NCBI GenBank assembly: GCA_015134415.1
Contig: CP043985.1
Coordinates: 155,983 to 219,982 of the forward strand
Reading direction: 5' to 3'
DNA: 64,000 nt
From: Candidatus Stammera capleta
Lineage (GTDB): Bacteria; Pseudomonadota; Gammaproteobacteria; Enterobacterales; Enterobacteriaceae
Part shown: positions 20,113 through 31,129 of the stretch, one piece after another
Numbering within the stretch: the first letter of the stretch is position 1
Layout: each line of letters opens with the position of its first letter
Translations under genes and position numbers: made by a program
Notes under the pieces: generated by a model
The model's database searches: none
Told to the model about the DNA's origin: nothing
Seen by the model: only the letters and a program-made list of their open reading frames with translations

Positions 20113-20904
20113 TTATATTTTATATCTATAAAAATTTATTATTTTTATATCTTTTTTTTTTAAAAATTCTTTTACTTTAATTTTGTTATTATAAAGAAAT
20201 TTTTGTTCTAATAAAATATTTTTTTTTAATTTTTTATTAAGTTTTTTTAAAATATTTTTTTTATTATTAATTAATATTTTTTTTTTTTCATTTTCTATTA
20301 TATCTAATGGTATATTTTTAATATTTATATATTTAGGATTCATTGCTGTTATATGAATACATATTTGTTTCATATATTTTTTTATTTTTTTTCTTTTTGA
20401 GGTATTTATTTTAATTATTGTTCCTATTTTATTATTATGATGTAAATAATTTTTTATATATTTACCTTCTAAATGACAAAAATTATTTATAATAATATTT
20501 TCATTAAACTTAATTTTTAAATATTTTATTTCATTTTTAAAATATTTATTTATTTTTTTTAATTTTTTTATTTTTTTTTTAAAACAAAAATTTATTATTT
20601 TATTAGCAAATTTATTAAAATATTTATTTTTTGCTGTAAAATCCGTTTCACAAAGTAATTTTATCATTATTATATTATTATTTTTAATTTTATTTATAAT
20701 AATACCTTCTTTTGTAATATTATTTTTATTATTTATGTTTTTTTTTTTTAAATATATTAATGATTTTTCTAGATTATAGTTATTTTTTTTTAAAGCTTTT
20801 TTACATTTTATTATACTTATTTTAGTTATATATCTTAATTTTTTAATTAAATTTATATTATTTTTTTTTAATTTATTGTTTTGCATATTGTATTTAAATA
20901 TCAT
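20113..20904 (-). CDS. tsf: Elongation factor Ts
   Basis: ...INLIKKLRYITKISIIKCKKALKKNNYNLEKSLIYLKKK... matches the EF-Ts N-terminal UBA-like domain. It lies downstream of rpsB as in rpsB-tsf. An alternative start is ATG at 20884-20886. Confidence 0.9.
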   Translation of the reverse strand: MIFKYNMQNNKLKKNNINLIKKLRYITKISIIKCKKALKKNNYNLEKSLIYLKKKNINNKNNITKEGIIINKIKNNNIIMIKLLCETDFTAKNKYFNKFANKIINFCFKKKIKKLKKINKYFKNEIKYLKIKFNENIIINNFCHLEGKYIKNYLHHNNKIGTIIKINTSKRKKIKKYMKQICIHITAMNPKYINIKNIPLDIIENEKKKILINNKKNILKKLNKKLKKNILLEQKFLYNNKIKVKEFLKKKDIKIINFYRYKI

Positions 20905-21539
20905 TTTATGGATTTTATTGAATCATCATTTCCTGGGATAATATAATCTATATTATCTGGATCATTATTAGTATCTACTATTGAAAAAATTTTTATTTTT
21001 AATTGTTTTGCTTCTTTTATTGCTAACTTTTCATATCTTGCATCAATTACAAATATAGCATAAGGTAATTCTTTCATATTTTTTATTCCTTCTAAATTAT
21101 TCTTAAGTTTTTTTAATTTTTTTTTTTTTAATAATATTTCTTTTTTTTTAATATATTTATTTAAAAGTAATATTTTGTATTCTTTTTCTAGTTTTTTTAA
21201 ATATTTTATTGATTTTTTTACTGTTTTTCAATTTGTTAATGTACCCCCTAATCATCTTTTATTAATGTAAAATTGTTTACATATTATTGCTGTTTTTTTT
21301 ATTATTTTTGATGCAGCTTTTTTTGTACCTATAAATAATATTTTTTTTTTTTTTTTTTGTATTTTTTTTAATTCTTTAATTGCTATATTAAATAATTTTA
21401 TAGTTTTATTTAAATTAATAATATGTATTTTATTATATTTTGTGTAAATATAAGGTTTCATTTTTGGATTTCAATATTTTGTTTGATGACCAAAATGTAT
21501 ACCTGCTTTTATCATTTTTTTAATTGAAAAATTAATCAT
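20868..21539 (-). CDS. rpsB: 30S ribosomal protein S2
   Basis: [32 protein letters not shown]...INKR-W-LGGTLTN-W-KT... are classic S2 motifs with TGA at Trp positions. The 3' end is uncertain: an in-frame TGA at 20901-20903 is followed by 11 more codons to TAA at 20868, which overlaps tsf. Confidence 0.9.
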
Positions 21540-21614
21540 TTTTTTTACCATTTATTTAAAAAAATATATTTTTATATTATTATATACATATATTTTATAT
21601 TAAATATATATATT

Positions 21615-21620
21615 AAGGAG
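21615..21620 (+). promoter_or_regulatory. Shine-Dalgarno (AAGGAG) for map
   Basis: AAGGAG lies 7 nt upstream of the map ATG at 21628. Similar (T)AGGA elements precede rplJ, rpoC, acpP, fldA and ydjM. Confidence 0.55.
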
Positions 21621-21627
21621 TTAATTT

Positions 21628-22371
21628 ATGATTATTAAAAATAATAAAGATATTAAAAATATGTTTTTAGTAAGTAGTATAGTAAAAGATTTATTATTAT
21701 ATGTTTCAAAATATATAAAACCTGGAATTTCTACAGGTTATATAAATGATAAATGTCATAATAAAATTGTAAATTATTATAAAGCTTATCCTGCTGTTTT
21801 AGGATATATGAATTATCCTAAATCTATATGTACTTCTATAAATAATGTTGTATGTCATGGTATACCAAGTTATAATTGTATTTTGAAAAATGGAGATATT
21901 GTAAATATAGATATTTCTATTTTTAAAAATAAATATTATTCTGATTCTTCTAAAATGTTTTTTGTTGGTACACCGAATATTAATGTTTTAAAATTATGTA
22001 CTGTTACTTATAATAGTATTTTTTATGCTCTTAAGTATGTAAAAAATAATAATAAAATTAATTTAATTGGAGAAAATATACAAAATTATGTAGAAAATTA
22101 TGGTTATTCTGTAGTTAAAAATTATTGTGGTCATGGAATAGGAAAAAAGTTACATGAATTTCCTCAAATTTTACATTATAAAAATAATTATAATTTACGT
22201 ATGAAAACTGGTATGATATTTACTATTGAACCTATGGTTAATTTAGGAAATAATAAAACTTATATTGATGAAGATGGATGAACAGTTAAAACAAAAGATA
22301 ATAGTCTATCAGCTCAGTATGAACATACTATTTTAGTAACTAAAAATGGTTATAAAATTTTAACTTTATAA
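21628..22371 (+). CDS. map: Methionine aminopeptidase (type I)
   Basis: ...YPKSICTSINNVVCHGIP...GDIVNIDIS...YCGHGIGKKLHEFPQILHY...FTIEPMVN...DG-W-TVKTKDNSLSAQYEHTILVT... match the metal-ligand motifs. It is divergent from rpsB, as in E. coli. Confidence 0.96.
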
Positions 22372-22375
22372 TTTT

Positions 22376-23098
22376 TTATTTTTTATAATATATTTTTTTA
22401 AATTTTTTTCATAATGATTTTAATATATGTTTTTTTTTAATTTTATTAAAATTTGTTTTTTTATAATTAAAAATATTATTTTTTATATTTATTTTTTTAA
22501 CTATTATTTTTGTTTGAAATATATTTTCTTTATATAAATTTATATCTGATAGGTCATAAATATTTTTATATTTTTTTGATATAAAATTTTGTAAAGAATT
22601 AATTTTATAATTTATAAATATTTTTTTTTTTTTATTATTTTTTATAATTTCATAAATTTTATAATTTATTATAATTATATCTGATTTAAATTTAGAAATT
22701 AAATAATTTATTGTTTTTAGAGTGGGGGAATATATATCATATGTATATATTTCTAAATCTATTTTAATAATAAAAATTTTATCTTTAATATAATTATAAT
22801 ATATATATATATATATATGACTTTTATTTAATAGTGATATTATATTATATAAAATTTTATTTTTTTCATTTTTTTTATTATTATAATATTCCTTTTTTTC
22901 ATATATATTTAATATTTTATTATTTATAATTAATGATATATTTTTAAATATTTTTTTTAGATTATCAAAATTATATTTTTTATTGAAAAAATTTAATATT
23001 TTTTTTTTATTTTTTTTATTAAAATAATATATTTTATATATACATAAATTTAATTGTTTGCTTATATTATTATATATATTTATATTTTTTTTTTTCAT
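22376..23098 (-). CDS. Hypothetical protein (240 codons), extreme K/N/I/Y composition, no recognisable motif
   Basis: This is a long frame free of TAA/TAG in DNA where those triplets are very frequent. It follows glnS on the same strand. The protein has no Gly, Ala or Arg, one Pro, and contains the (AT)10 run. The TGA at 22409-22411 is read through to TAA at 22376. Confidence 0.5.
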
Positions 23099-24720
23099 AT
23101 TTTATATATATTATGTTTTTTTTTTAAAGATATTATTTTTCTAAAAATTATATTATTATTTTTTATTTTTTTTTTAAAATATCCTTCTCTTTCTAATTGA
23201 AATATTTTATTTTTGTTATTTAATATATCTTTATTTATATATCCTATTTTTTTTATTATAGATTTTTTATTTAAATATTTTAAGAATTTATTATTATTAT
23301 TTTTTATAATATTATTTTTTTTAAATAAATATTTAAAAAAAATAAATTTAGTTTTTATTGAATCTTTTTTTGAAATTCAATGTATTATTTTATATTTTTT
23401 CTTTATATTATTTTTTTTTAATATTTTACATTTTATATATTTAATTTTTTTTTTATTTAAAATAATATTTTTTATATATATTATTTCAGAATATTTTAAT
23501 TTAAATTTATTGTTTATTAATAATTTTAATTTATTATATTTTATATTTTTATTAATATTAATATCTTTTTTATCTATATATATTTTTTTATATAAATGTA
23601 TTTTTCTTTTACCTAAATTATTATTATTTGGATGATTAAATATATATATATTTTTTTTTTTTTTTATATTTGTTAAAATTAATTTTATAGGATTTATTAT
23701 TCCCATAGTTCTTGGAGAAATTTTATCTAAATCTTTTCTTAAAAAATTTTTTATTACATTAATGTTTATTATACTTTCTTGTTTACTTATTCCTAAAGAT
23801 TTACAAAAATCTAATATAGATTTATTAGTATAACCTTTATTTCTCATTCCTGATATTGTCATTAATCTTGGATCATTTCATTTATTAATTATTTTTTTTT
23901 TTATTAAAATATTTATCTTTCTTTTAGAAGTTATATTATTTGTAATATTTAATCTTGAAAATTCATATTGTTCTGGTTTATGTTTTATATTTATATTATT
24001 TAGAATTCAATTATATAATATTTTATTGTTTTGAAATTCTAATGTACATAGTGAATGACTTACTTTTTCTATAGAATCTGCAATACAATGAGCAAAATCA
24101 TATGTTGGGTATATACATCATTTATTTTTTGTTTTTATATGTTTAGTATATTTTATTCTATATAAAATTGGATCTCTTAATATTATATTTTTTGCTTCCA
24201 TATTAATTTTTGCTCTTAGACAAATTTTTTTTTCAGAAAAAAATCCTTTTTTCATTTTCTTAAATAAAATAATATTATCTTTAATACTTCTGTTCCTAAA
24301 AGGACTATTTTTACCTTTTTTTTTAAAATTTCCTCTATATTTTTTTATTTTTTTTATAGGTAATTCATCTATATAAGCTAATTTTTTTTTTATTAATATT
24401 AATGCATAATAATAATATTTATCAAAATAATCTGATGCATATTTTATTTTTTTATTTCATTTATAACCTAATCATTTTATATCTTTTATTATAGAATTAA
24501 TATATTTTTTTTTTATTGTATTTGGATTAGTATCATCAAATCTTAAATTACATATTCCATTATAATATTTTGCTATCTCAAAATTTATAAATATAGATTT
24601 GGCATGTCCTATATGCAAATAACCATTTGGTTCTGGTGCAAACCGTGTTATAATTTTTTTATATTTTTTATTTTTTATATCTTCATTTATTTTTTTATAT
24701 ATAAAATTTTTATTATTCAT
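23080..24720 (-). CDS. glnS: Glutamine--tRNA ligase
   Basis: ...[44 protein letters not shown]..., ...[18 protein letters not shown]..., ...[12 protein letters not shown].... Track ORFs 24472-24720 and 23377-23862 are in one frame. The product is 546 aa. The 3' tail after TGA at 23095-23097 overlaps the next ORF. Confidence 0.95.
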
Positions 24721-24916
24721 TTTATTTATTTTTATTTTTTGTAAATAATTAATTATTTAAATTAAAAATTAATATTTTTAATTAATTTATAATAATTTTT
24801 ATTGTTTTTTATTTAATTTAAAAAATTTTAATTTATTATTTTTAATATTTATAAATATTATTAATATATTTTTTGTTAATTTTATTAAAAAAAAACATAT
24901 TTTTATTAATAATATT

Positions 24917-24938
24917 CTATCAAAACTTGATAGTTTTT
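24917..24938 (+). terminator. Terminator-like hairpin (CTATCAA-AAC-TTGATAG followed by TTTTT)
   Basis: A perfect 7-bp inverted repeat with a 3-nt loop and a T-run. It is the only structured element I can see in the 836-bp spacer. No plus-strand gene ends nearby. Confidence 0.2.
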
Positions 24939-25556
24939 CTCATTTTTTAAATATATTTTAATAATGTTAATTTTATTTTTATATTAAATTTTTTCTATTT
25001 TTTAACTAATTTTGTATTATATATATTTTCTATAATTATAATTAATATATTTTTTTATTTTAATTTTTTATAGAATTATATAATTTATAAATATTAAAAT
25101 TTATATAATTACATAAATATATTTTATATGAATATAAAGTTAAATTTATATATTTTTTTATTACTTATGTAATAATGAACTATTTTCTATTTTATATATT
25201 AATTTTACTATATATTTTTAATGTAGAATAATATTTTATACTATATTTAAATTATTTATATTATTATTTATTAATATAATTATATAAAATAAATTTATTT
25301 TTTAATTTTTTTAATTATGTTATATATAAATATATTTATTCTTAGAAAATATTTTTATTTATTAATATATCTATTTTTTTTATAATTTTTTATTTTGAAT
25401 AATTTTAAAATTTTTTATTTATATTAAAATATTATTAGAATATATATAATATATATGTATATACTATTTTTTTGTTTTTTATAATAATAATATTTATTTA
25501 ATAAGATGTAATTAAAATTATTAAATAATTTATTAATTTTTATTTTGGTATTTATA

Positions 25557-26468
25557 ATGTATATTCAATTTTTAGGTACTAATGCTGGTTCTCCTTCTAT
25601 AAGAAGAAATGTTAGTAGTATAGCTCTTATTTTAAATGATAATATAAATGAAATTTGATTATTTGATTGTGGTGAAGGTACACAACATCAAATTTTATAT
25701 ACATCTATAAAATTAAATAAAATTAAAAAAATATTTATTACTCATATGCATGGTGATCATATTTTTGGTTTAATTGGTTTATTAACTAGTAGATCTATGC
25801 ATAGTTCTAGTAGTTCTTTAGAAATTTATGGTGTTAAAGGTATAAAAAAATTTATTAATTTATCTTTAAAATTAACTAATTGTTATATTAATTTTCCTTT
25901 AAAGATATTTGAAATTAAGGAGGGTAAATTATTTAATAATGGTAATTATAAAGTAAGTTGTTTTTTATTAAATCATACTTTAGAATGTTATGGTTTTTAT
26001 ATAAAGCAATGTGATAAATCTGGTCATTTAAATGTAAAAAAGTTAATATCTAAAGGTATATATCCTGGTCCTGTATATAAAATATTAAAATTAGGTAAAA
26101 AAATTATTTTAAATAATGAGATTATAAATGGTAAAAAATATTTAGGTAAAAAAAAAATTGGAAAAAAAATAGCTATTTTAGGAGATACTTCACCTTTTAA
26201 AAAAAAATGTAATTATTTATATAATTTAGATTTATTAGTATATGAATCAACTTTAGATAATAATATGTATAGAGAAGCTAATTCTAGAGGTCATTCTACT
26301 AATATACAAGCAGCTATAATTGCTAAAAAATATAATGTAAAAAAATTAATAATTACTCATTTTAGTTCTAGATATTCTTATAAAGATCTTATTATTATGT
26401 TAAATGATTGTTGTAAATATTTTACTAATACAAAAATAGCAAGAGATTTTTTTATCTTTAAAATATAA
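25557..26468 (+). CDS. rbn: Ribonuclease Z / RNase BN (metallo-beta-lactamase fold)
   Basis: MYIQFLGTNAGSPSIRRNVSSIAL...W-LFDCGEGTQHQIL...ITHMHGDHIFGLIGLL... (HxHxDH) ...ILGDT...THFSSRY. The product is 303 aa (E. coli about 305). Confidence 0.93.
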
Positions 26469-26993
26469 TAAAAATATTTTATTTATAAAAAAATTTAATA
26501 TTAAACTGAAAATTATATCTTGTAATTTATGTAAATATAATAATAATCTACTTATAATAATAATTTTTAATATATTATTTATAATATTTAAATATCATTT
26601 TTTTTTATTTTTAAATAATATAATTCAAAAACTACAAAATATTGTATGACCAGATGGAAATGAACTATCTTTTCTATTTTTTCAATTATTTCTTAATCAA
26701 AATGGTATTTTTATTTTTTTTTTTTTAATTTTATTTAATATATTTATATATGGTCTTTTTATAAATATTGTTTTTTTTATTATATTTTTTATTAATAAAG
26801 ATATTAAAGGTATTATTATTAATGATAATATTTTTTTTTTTTTAATTTTATTTTTTTTATTTTTAATATATATATATATAAATATTATATGTGTAATTAT
26901 TACTAACGGAAATTCTATTATTTTATTAATTATATATAATATATATATTATATTAAAATAAGTTTTATTTAAGAATATTAATATTTTTTTCAT
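26400..26993 (-). CDS. pgpB: PAP2-family phosphatase, PgpB-like (phosphatidylglycerophosphatase B / undecaprenyl-PP phosphatase)
   Basis: All three PAP2 motifs are present: KxxxxxxRP (KTIFIKRPY), SFPSGHT and SRLLLYLHKLQD (SRx5Hx3D). Local similarity to E. coli PgpB is clear (FPSGHTMFAASW..., SRLLLGMHWPRD). Several internal TGA codons occur. The 3' end is uncertain: the first TAA in frame is at 26400, which overlaps convergent rbn by 69 nt. Confidence 0.8.
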
Positions 26994-27163
26994 TTTTTTA
27001 TTTTTTATATATATTTTTTATAAAATATTAATGATTTATTTCATATTAAAATTTATAATAATTATTTTATATATATTTTTATAAAATATTTATTTTTTAA
27101 TATTTGAATTATTATATAATAAATCTTAAAAAAATTTAAATATTTTATTTAAATAGGAATATT

Positions 27164-27685
27164 ATGTGTAATATTGGTATATTTTATGGTAGTGATACTG
27201 GTAATACTAAAAAAATTGCTTTTAAAATCAAAAAGAAAATATCTAAATATTTTAATTCAGATGTAATAGATATTTATAAGAGTTCTAAAAATAATTTTTT
27301 AAATTATGATATATTTATATTAGGTACTTCTACATGATATTATGGTGAATTACAATATGATTGGAATATTTTTTTGAATTCATTAAAAAAAATAAATTTT
27401 TCTAATAAAATAGTTTCTTTTTTTGGTTGTGGTGATCAAAAAAAATATAGTAATTGTTTTTGTAATGGAATTTATAGATTATATAATATTATTTTAAAAA
27501 AAAATGCAAAAATAATAGGTTATTGACCATCAATAAATTATAAATTTAATAAATCTAAAAGTTTATTAAATAAAAAATATTTTTTTGGATTAATTATTGA
27601 TGAAGATAATCAAAATAATTTAACAAATAAAAGAATACGTATTTGAGTGAGTAAATTAATTTTAGATATATATAATAATATATAA
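27164..27685 (+). CDS. fldA: Flavodoxin (long-chain, FldA-type)
   Basis: MCNIGIFYGSDTGNTKKIA... (FMN phosphate loop) ...LGTST-W-YYGELQYD-W-...FFGCGDQ...Y-W-P.... The product is 173 aa. No ORF-track entry exists because of TGA codons. Confidence 0.93.
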
Positions 27686-27780
27686 TGATATTATTTTTAA
27701 TATTTTATTTATTTTTTATTGTTTTTTATAATATATAATTATATTATTATTTAATAAATTGATTTATAGGTTTAAATATA

Positions 27781-28950
27781 ATGTTGAATATTAAAAATAT
27801 TAATATATTTAATAAAAAAGTATTATTAAGATTAGATTTAAATGTTCCAATTAAAAATAAAGTTATTATGTCTTATAAACGTATAGAATTATCCTTACCT
27901 ACTATAAAATATGTTATAAAAAAAGGTGGTTATTTAATAATATTATCTCATTTAGGAAGACCAATTGAAGGTAAATATGATAAAAATTTTTCATTATTAC
28001 CGATAGTAAAATATTTAAGAAAAAAAATTAATATATCTATTAAATTAGTTAATAATTATTTAGATATTGATAATTTAAAATTAAAATATAAAAATAAAAT
28101 TTTAGTATTAGAGAATGTTAGATTTAATATTGGTGAAACTAAAAATTGTAATATTTTATCAAAAAAATATGCTAAATTATGTGATATTTTTGTTATGGAT
28201 GCTTTTGCAACTGCTCATAGAAAACATTCTTCTACATATGGAATAATAAAATATGCTCCAATATCTTGTATAGGTATTTTATTTTTAAAAGAAATTAAAA
28301 TATTATCTAAATTAATTTCGAATCCTTGCAGACCATTAATTTCTATAGTAGGTGGATCTAAAATTTCTACTAAATTTAATATATTAAATAATTTAGCTAA
28401 AAAATCAGATACTTTGATTGTTGGTGGGGGTATTTCAAATACATTTATATCTATAGATAATGAAGTAGGTAAATCTTTATATGAACCTTCTTATATTAAT
28501 AAAGCAAAAAAATTACGTAATAAATATAATATTCCTGTACCAATTGATTGTAGGGTAACAAAAAAAATTTCAAAATCTTCGAATTCTTATATTAAAAATG
28601 TTAATAATATTTCTAGTAATGAAGAAATTGTAGATTTTGGAAATGAAACTATTAAATATTTATATAAAATACTTGTAAAAGCAAAAACTATATTATGGAA
28701 TGGACCTGTAGGTATATTTGAATATCCAAATTATCGTAAAGGTACTGAAATGATAGTTAAAGCTATATTAAAAAGTAATGCTTTTAGTATAGTTGGGGGA
28801 GGGGATACAATATTAGCATTAGAATTATTTGGAATATCTGATAAAATTTCTTATATATCTAGTGGAGGTGGTTCATTTTTAGAATTTATACAAGGTAATA
28901 AATTACCTGTTATTTCTATTTTAAAAAAAAATAAAAATAAAATTAATTAA
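27781..28950 (+). CDS. pgk: Phosphoglycerate kinase
   Basis: Uninterrupted 389-aa ORF. ...RLDLNVP..., ...SHLGRP..., ...VGGSKISTK..., ...GGGDT... and ...SGGGSFLEF... are PGK motifs. Confidence 0.97.
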   Translation: MLNIKNINIFNKKVLLRLDLNVPIKNKVIMSYKRIELSLPTIKYVIKKGGYLIILSHLGRPIEGKYDKNFSLLPIVKYLRKKINISIKLVNNYLDIDNLKLKYKNKILVLENVRFNIGETKNCNILSKKYAKLCDIFVMDAFATAHRKHSSTYGIIKYAPISCIGILFLKEIKILSKLISNPCRPLISIVGGSKISTKFNILNNLAKKSDTLIVGGGISNTFISIDNEVGKSLYEPSYINKAKKLRNKYNIPVPIDCRVTKKISKSSNSYIKNVNNISSNEEIVDFGNETIKYLYKILVKAKTILWNGPVGIFEYPNYRKGTEMIVKAILKSNAFSIVGGGDTILALELFGISDKISYISSGGGSFLEFIQGNKLPVISILKKNKNKIN

Positions 28951-29103
28951 AAATTATTATTATAAATAATAATATTTTTATATAATTTAAAATAATTATA
29001 AATTTAAAAATATTTTATACAAAATATAATATTAAATTAAAATTTATAATTAATTTTTTAAAAAATAATAATTTATTTATTTTTTTATAATTTAATAAAA
29101 ATA

Positions 29104-30450
29104 TTATTTTTTATTACCTGTTATATTTATATTATTAATTAGTATTGACCCTGTTTTTATTTTAGAATTATTATTTACATCATTACTTATATTTTTTATA
29201 TTTTTATATAAATTTATTAAATTACCTGATATTGTAGCTTCATTTATATAATATTTAATTTTTCCTTTTTTTACTAAATATCCTGATATTCCTTTTGAAT
29301 ATAATCCTGAATTTATATTTAATCCTTCACCTAAAAATTTATCTATAATAATTCCATTATTCATTAATTTTATTAATTTTTTGAAAGATATATTATTTTT
29401 TTTATTTATAATTACTCAATTATGAATTCCTCCAGAATTAAATGTATTTTTTTTTTTTAATTTTTTTGAATAATATGAATTTAATATTCATGTTTTTAAT
29501 ATACCATGTTTTATTATATAATATTTTTTTGTATTTAATCCTTCATTATCAAATGGTTTTGTACCTATACCTTTATATAAATAAGGATTTTCTATAATAT
29601 TTATTCATTTAGGAAATATTTTTTTATTTAACTTTTTATATAAATAAGATATTTTATTATATATATTTTTTCCATTTATAAAATAATATAAATATTCTAA
29701 TATTTCGCTGCTTATTTCATTATTAAATATTACAGAATATTTATTAGTCTTTATATTTTTTTGTTTTATTTTTATATTTATATTTTTAGTTATTTTTTTA
29801 CTTAAATATTTATAATTTTTTAATATATCTAATAGTTTATGTCTATATAAATATATAGTATCAGATTCAATTATATTTTTATATTTTATTATAATATCAT
29901 GTATTATTAAATAATAATTACATTTATAAATTTTTATTTTTTTATAATCATTATATATAATATATATATTTTTATATTTATTAAATATAGTATTATCAAC
30001 TATAATATTTTTATTTAAATTTATTGAATTTTTTTCTATATTTTTTAATATATTAATCATTTTTTTTATATTAATATCATCTTTAAAATATATTCCTAAT
30101 TTTTTTTTTTGTTTTTTAATAAATATATTTTTATTAGGTAAATCATTATTTTTATCTATTGATATATAATTAATTGTATTATTAATATAATTAATACATT
30201 TTTTAATATTTTTTTTATTTAAATTATTTAAAATAATATTACATTTTTTTCCATTTAAATATGAAATTATATTTAGTAATATATTTTTTTTAAAGTTTAT
30301 ATTTTCTATATTTTTATTTTTTATTTTTATATTTACTTCTTTATTAATTTTTAATTTAATTTCTATTTTTGAATTTGTTTTTTTTTTAATTATTTTAAAT
30401 ATTTTTTTTATTTTTTTTGCATATTTATATATAATATTATTATTATTCAT
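29104..30450 (-). CDS. pmbA: Metalloprotease PmbA (TldE family)
   Basis: The C-terminal ...GTKPFDNEG...FNSGGIHN-W-...GEGLNINSGLYSKGISGYLVKKGKIKYYINEATISGNLINLYKNI...GSILINNINITG matches the PmbA/TldD C-terminal domain. Track ORFs 29605-30450 and 29104-29364 are in one frame. The product is 448 aa. Confidence 0.85.
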
Positions 30451-30546
30451 AATTTGTTTTTTTATTTTTATTTTAAAAATATATTATATGTATATAATAT
30501 ATATTATATTTTAATTATTTATTAATCAAATATTGTATAAAAAATT

Positions 30547-31083
30547 ATGTTAATAAAAAATAATATTCCTTCTGGAAAAAATATTCCAAATGATATTTAT
30601 GTTATTATAGAAATTCCTTTAAATACACATTATGTAAAATATGAGAAAAATAAAAAATATAATTCTATTTGGGTAGATAGATTTATTAAAATTCCTATAT
30701 TTTATCCATTTAATTATGGTTATATTAATAATTCTTTATCAAAAGATGGAGATTATTTAGATGTATTAGTAATATGTAAGCATTCATTATATATAAATTC
30801 AATTATACATTGCCGCCCTATAGGTGTATTAAAATTATTAGATGAATGTGGAGAAGATAATAAAATATTAGCAATACCTAATTATAATATCACAGATGAA
30901 TATGATTCTATACAAGATATATGTGATATATCAAAAGATATATTAAATAATATATTATATTTTTTTAAACATTATAAAGATTTAGATAAAAATAAATGGA
31001 TAAAAATTGATAATTGATATGATGTTAATGAAGCAAAAAATATTATTTTAAATTCAATAAATTTATATAAAAAAAATAAATAA
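30547..31083 (+). CDS. ppa: Inorganic pyrophosphatase
   Basis: ...VIIEIPLNT.VKYE...DRF...YPFNYGYINNSLSKDGDYLDVLVI...DECGEDNKILAIP...HYKDL... are family I PPase motifs. A TGA (Trp) lies at 31015-31017. The product is 178 aa. Confidence 0.95.
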
Positions 31084-31095
31084 AGTATTATATTT

Positions 31096-31125
31096 TTCTT
31101 ATAAGAATTAATTTTCTTATAAGAA
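31096..31125. repeat. Two copies of the perfect 12-bp palindrome TTCTTATAAGAA (31096-31107 and 31114-31125)
   Basis: Read directly from the sequence in the 46-nt spacer between the convergent stops of ppa (31083) and the yccA-like gene (31130). It could be a weak bidirectional terminator or a binding site. Confidence 0.6.
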
Positions 31126-31129
31126 AATT

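Noticed and set aside
22799-22818. An (AT)10 microsatellite.
   Set aside because: It lies in frame inside the orphan ORF, where it reads as IYIYIYI, and is expected by composition in DNA of about 10% GC. It is not a CRISPR or regulatory repeat. It is noted only as a slippage-prone site.
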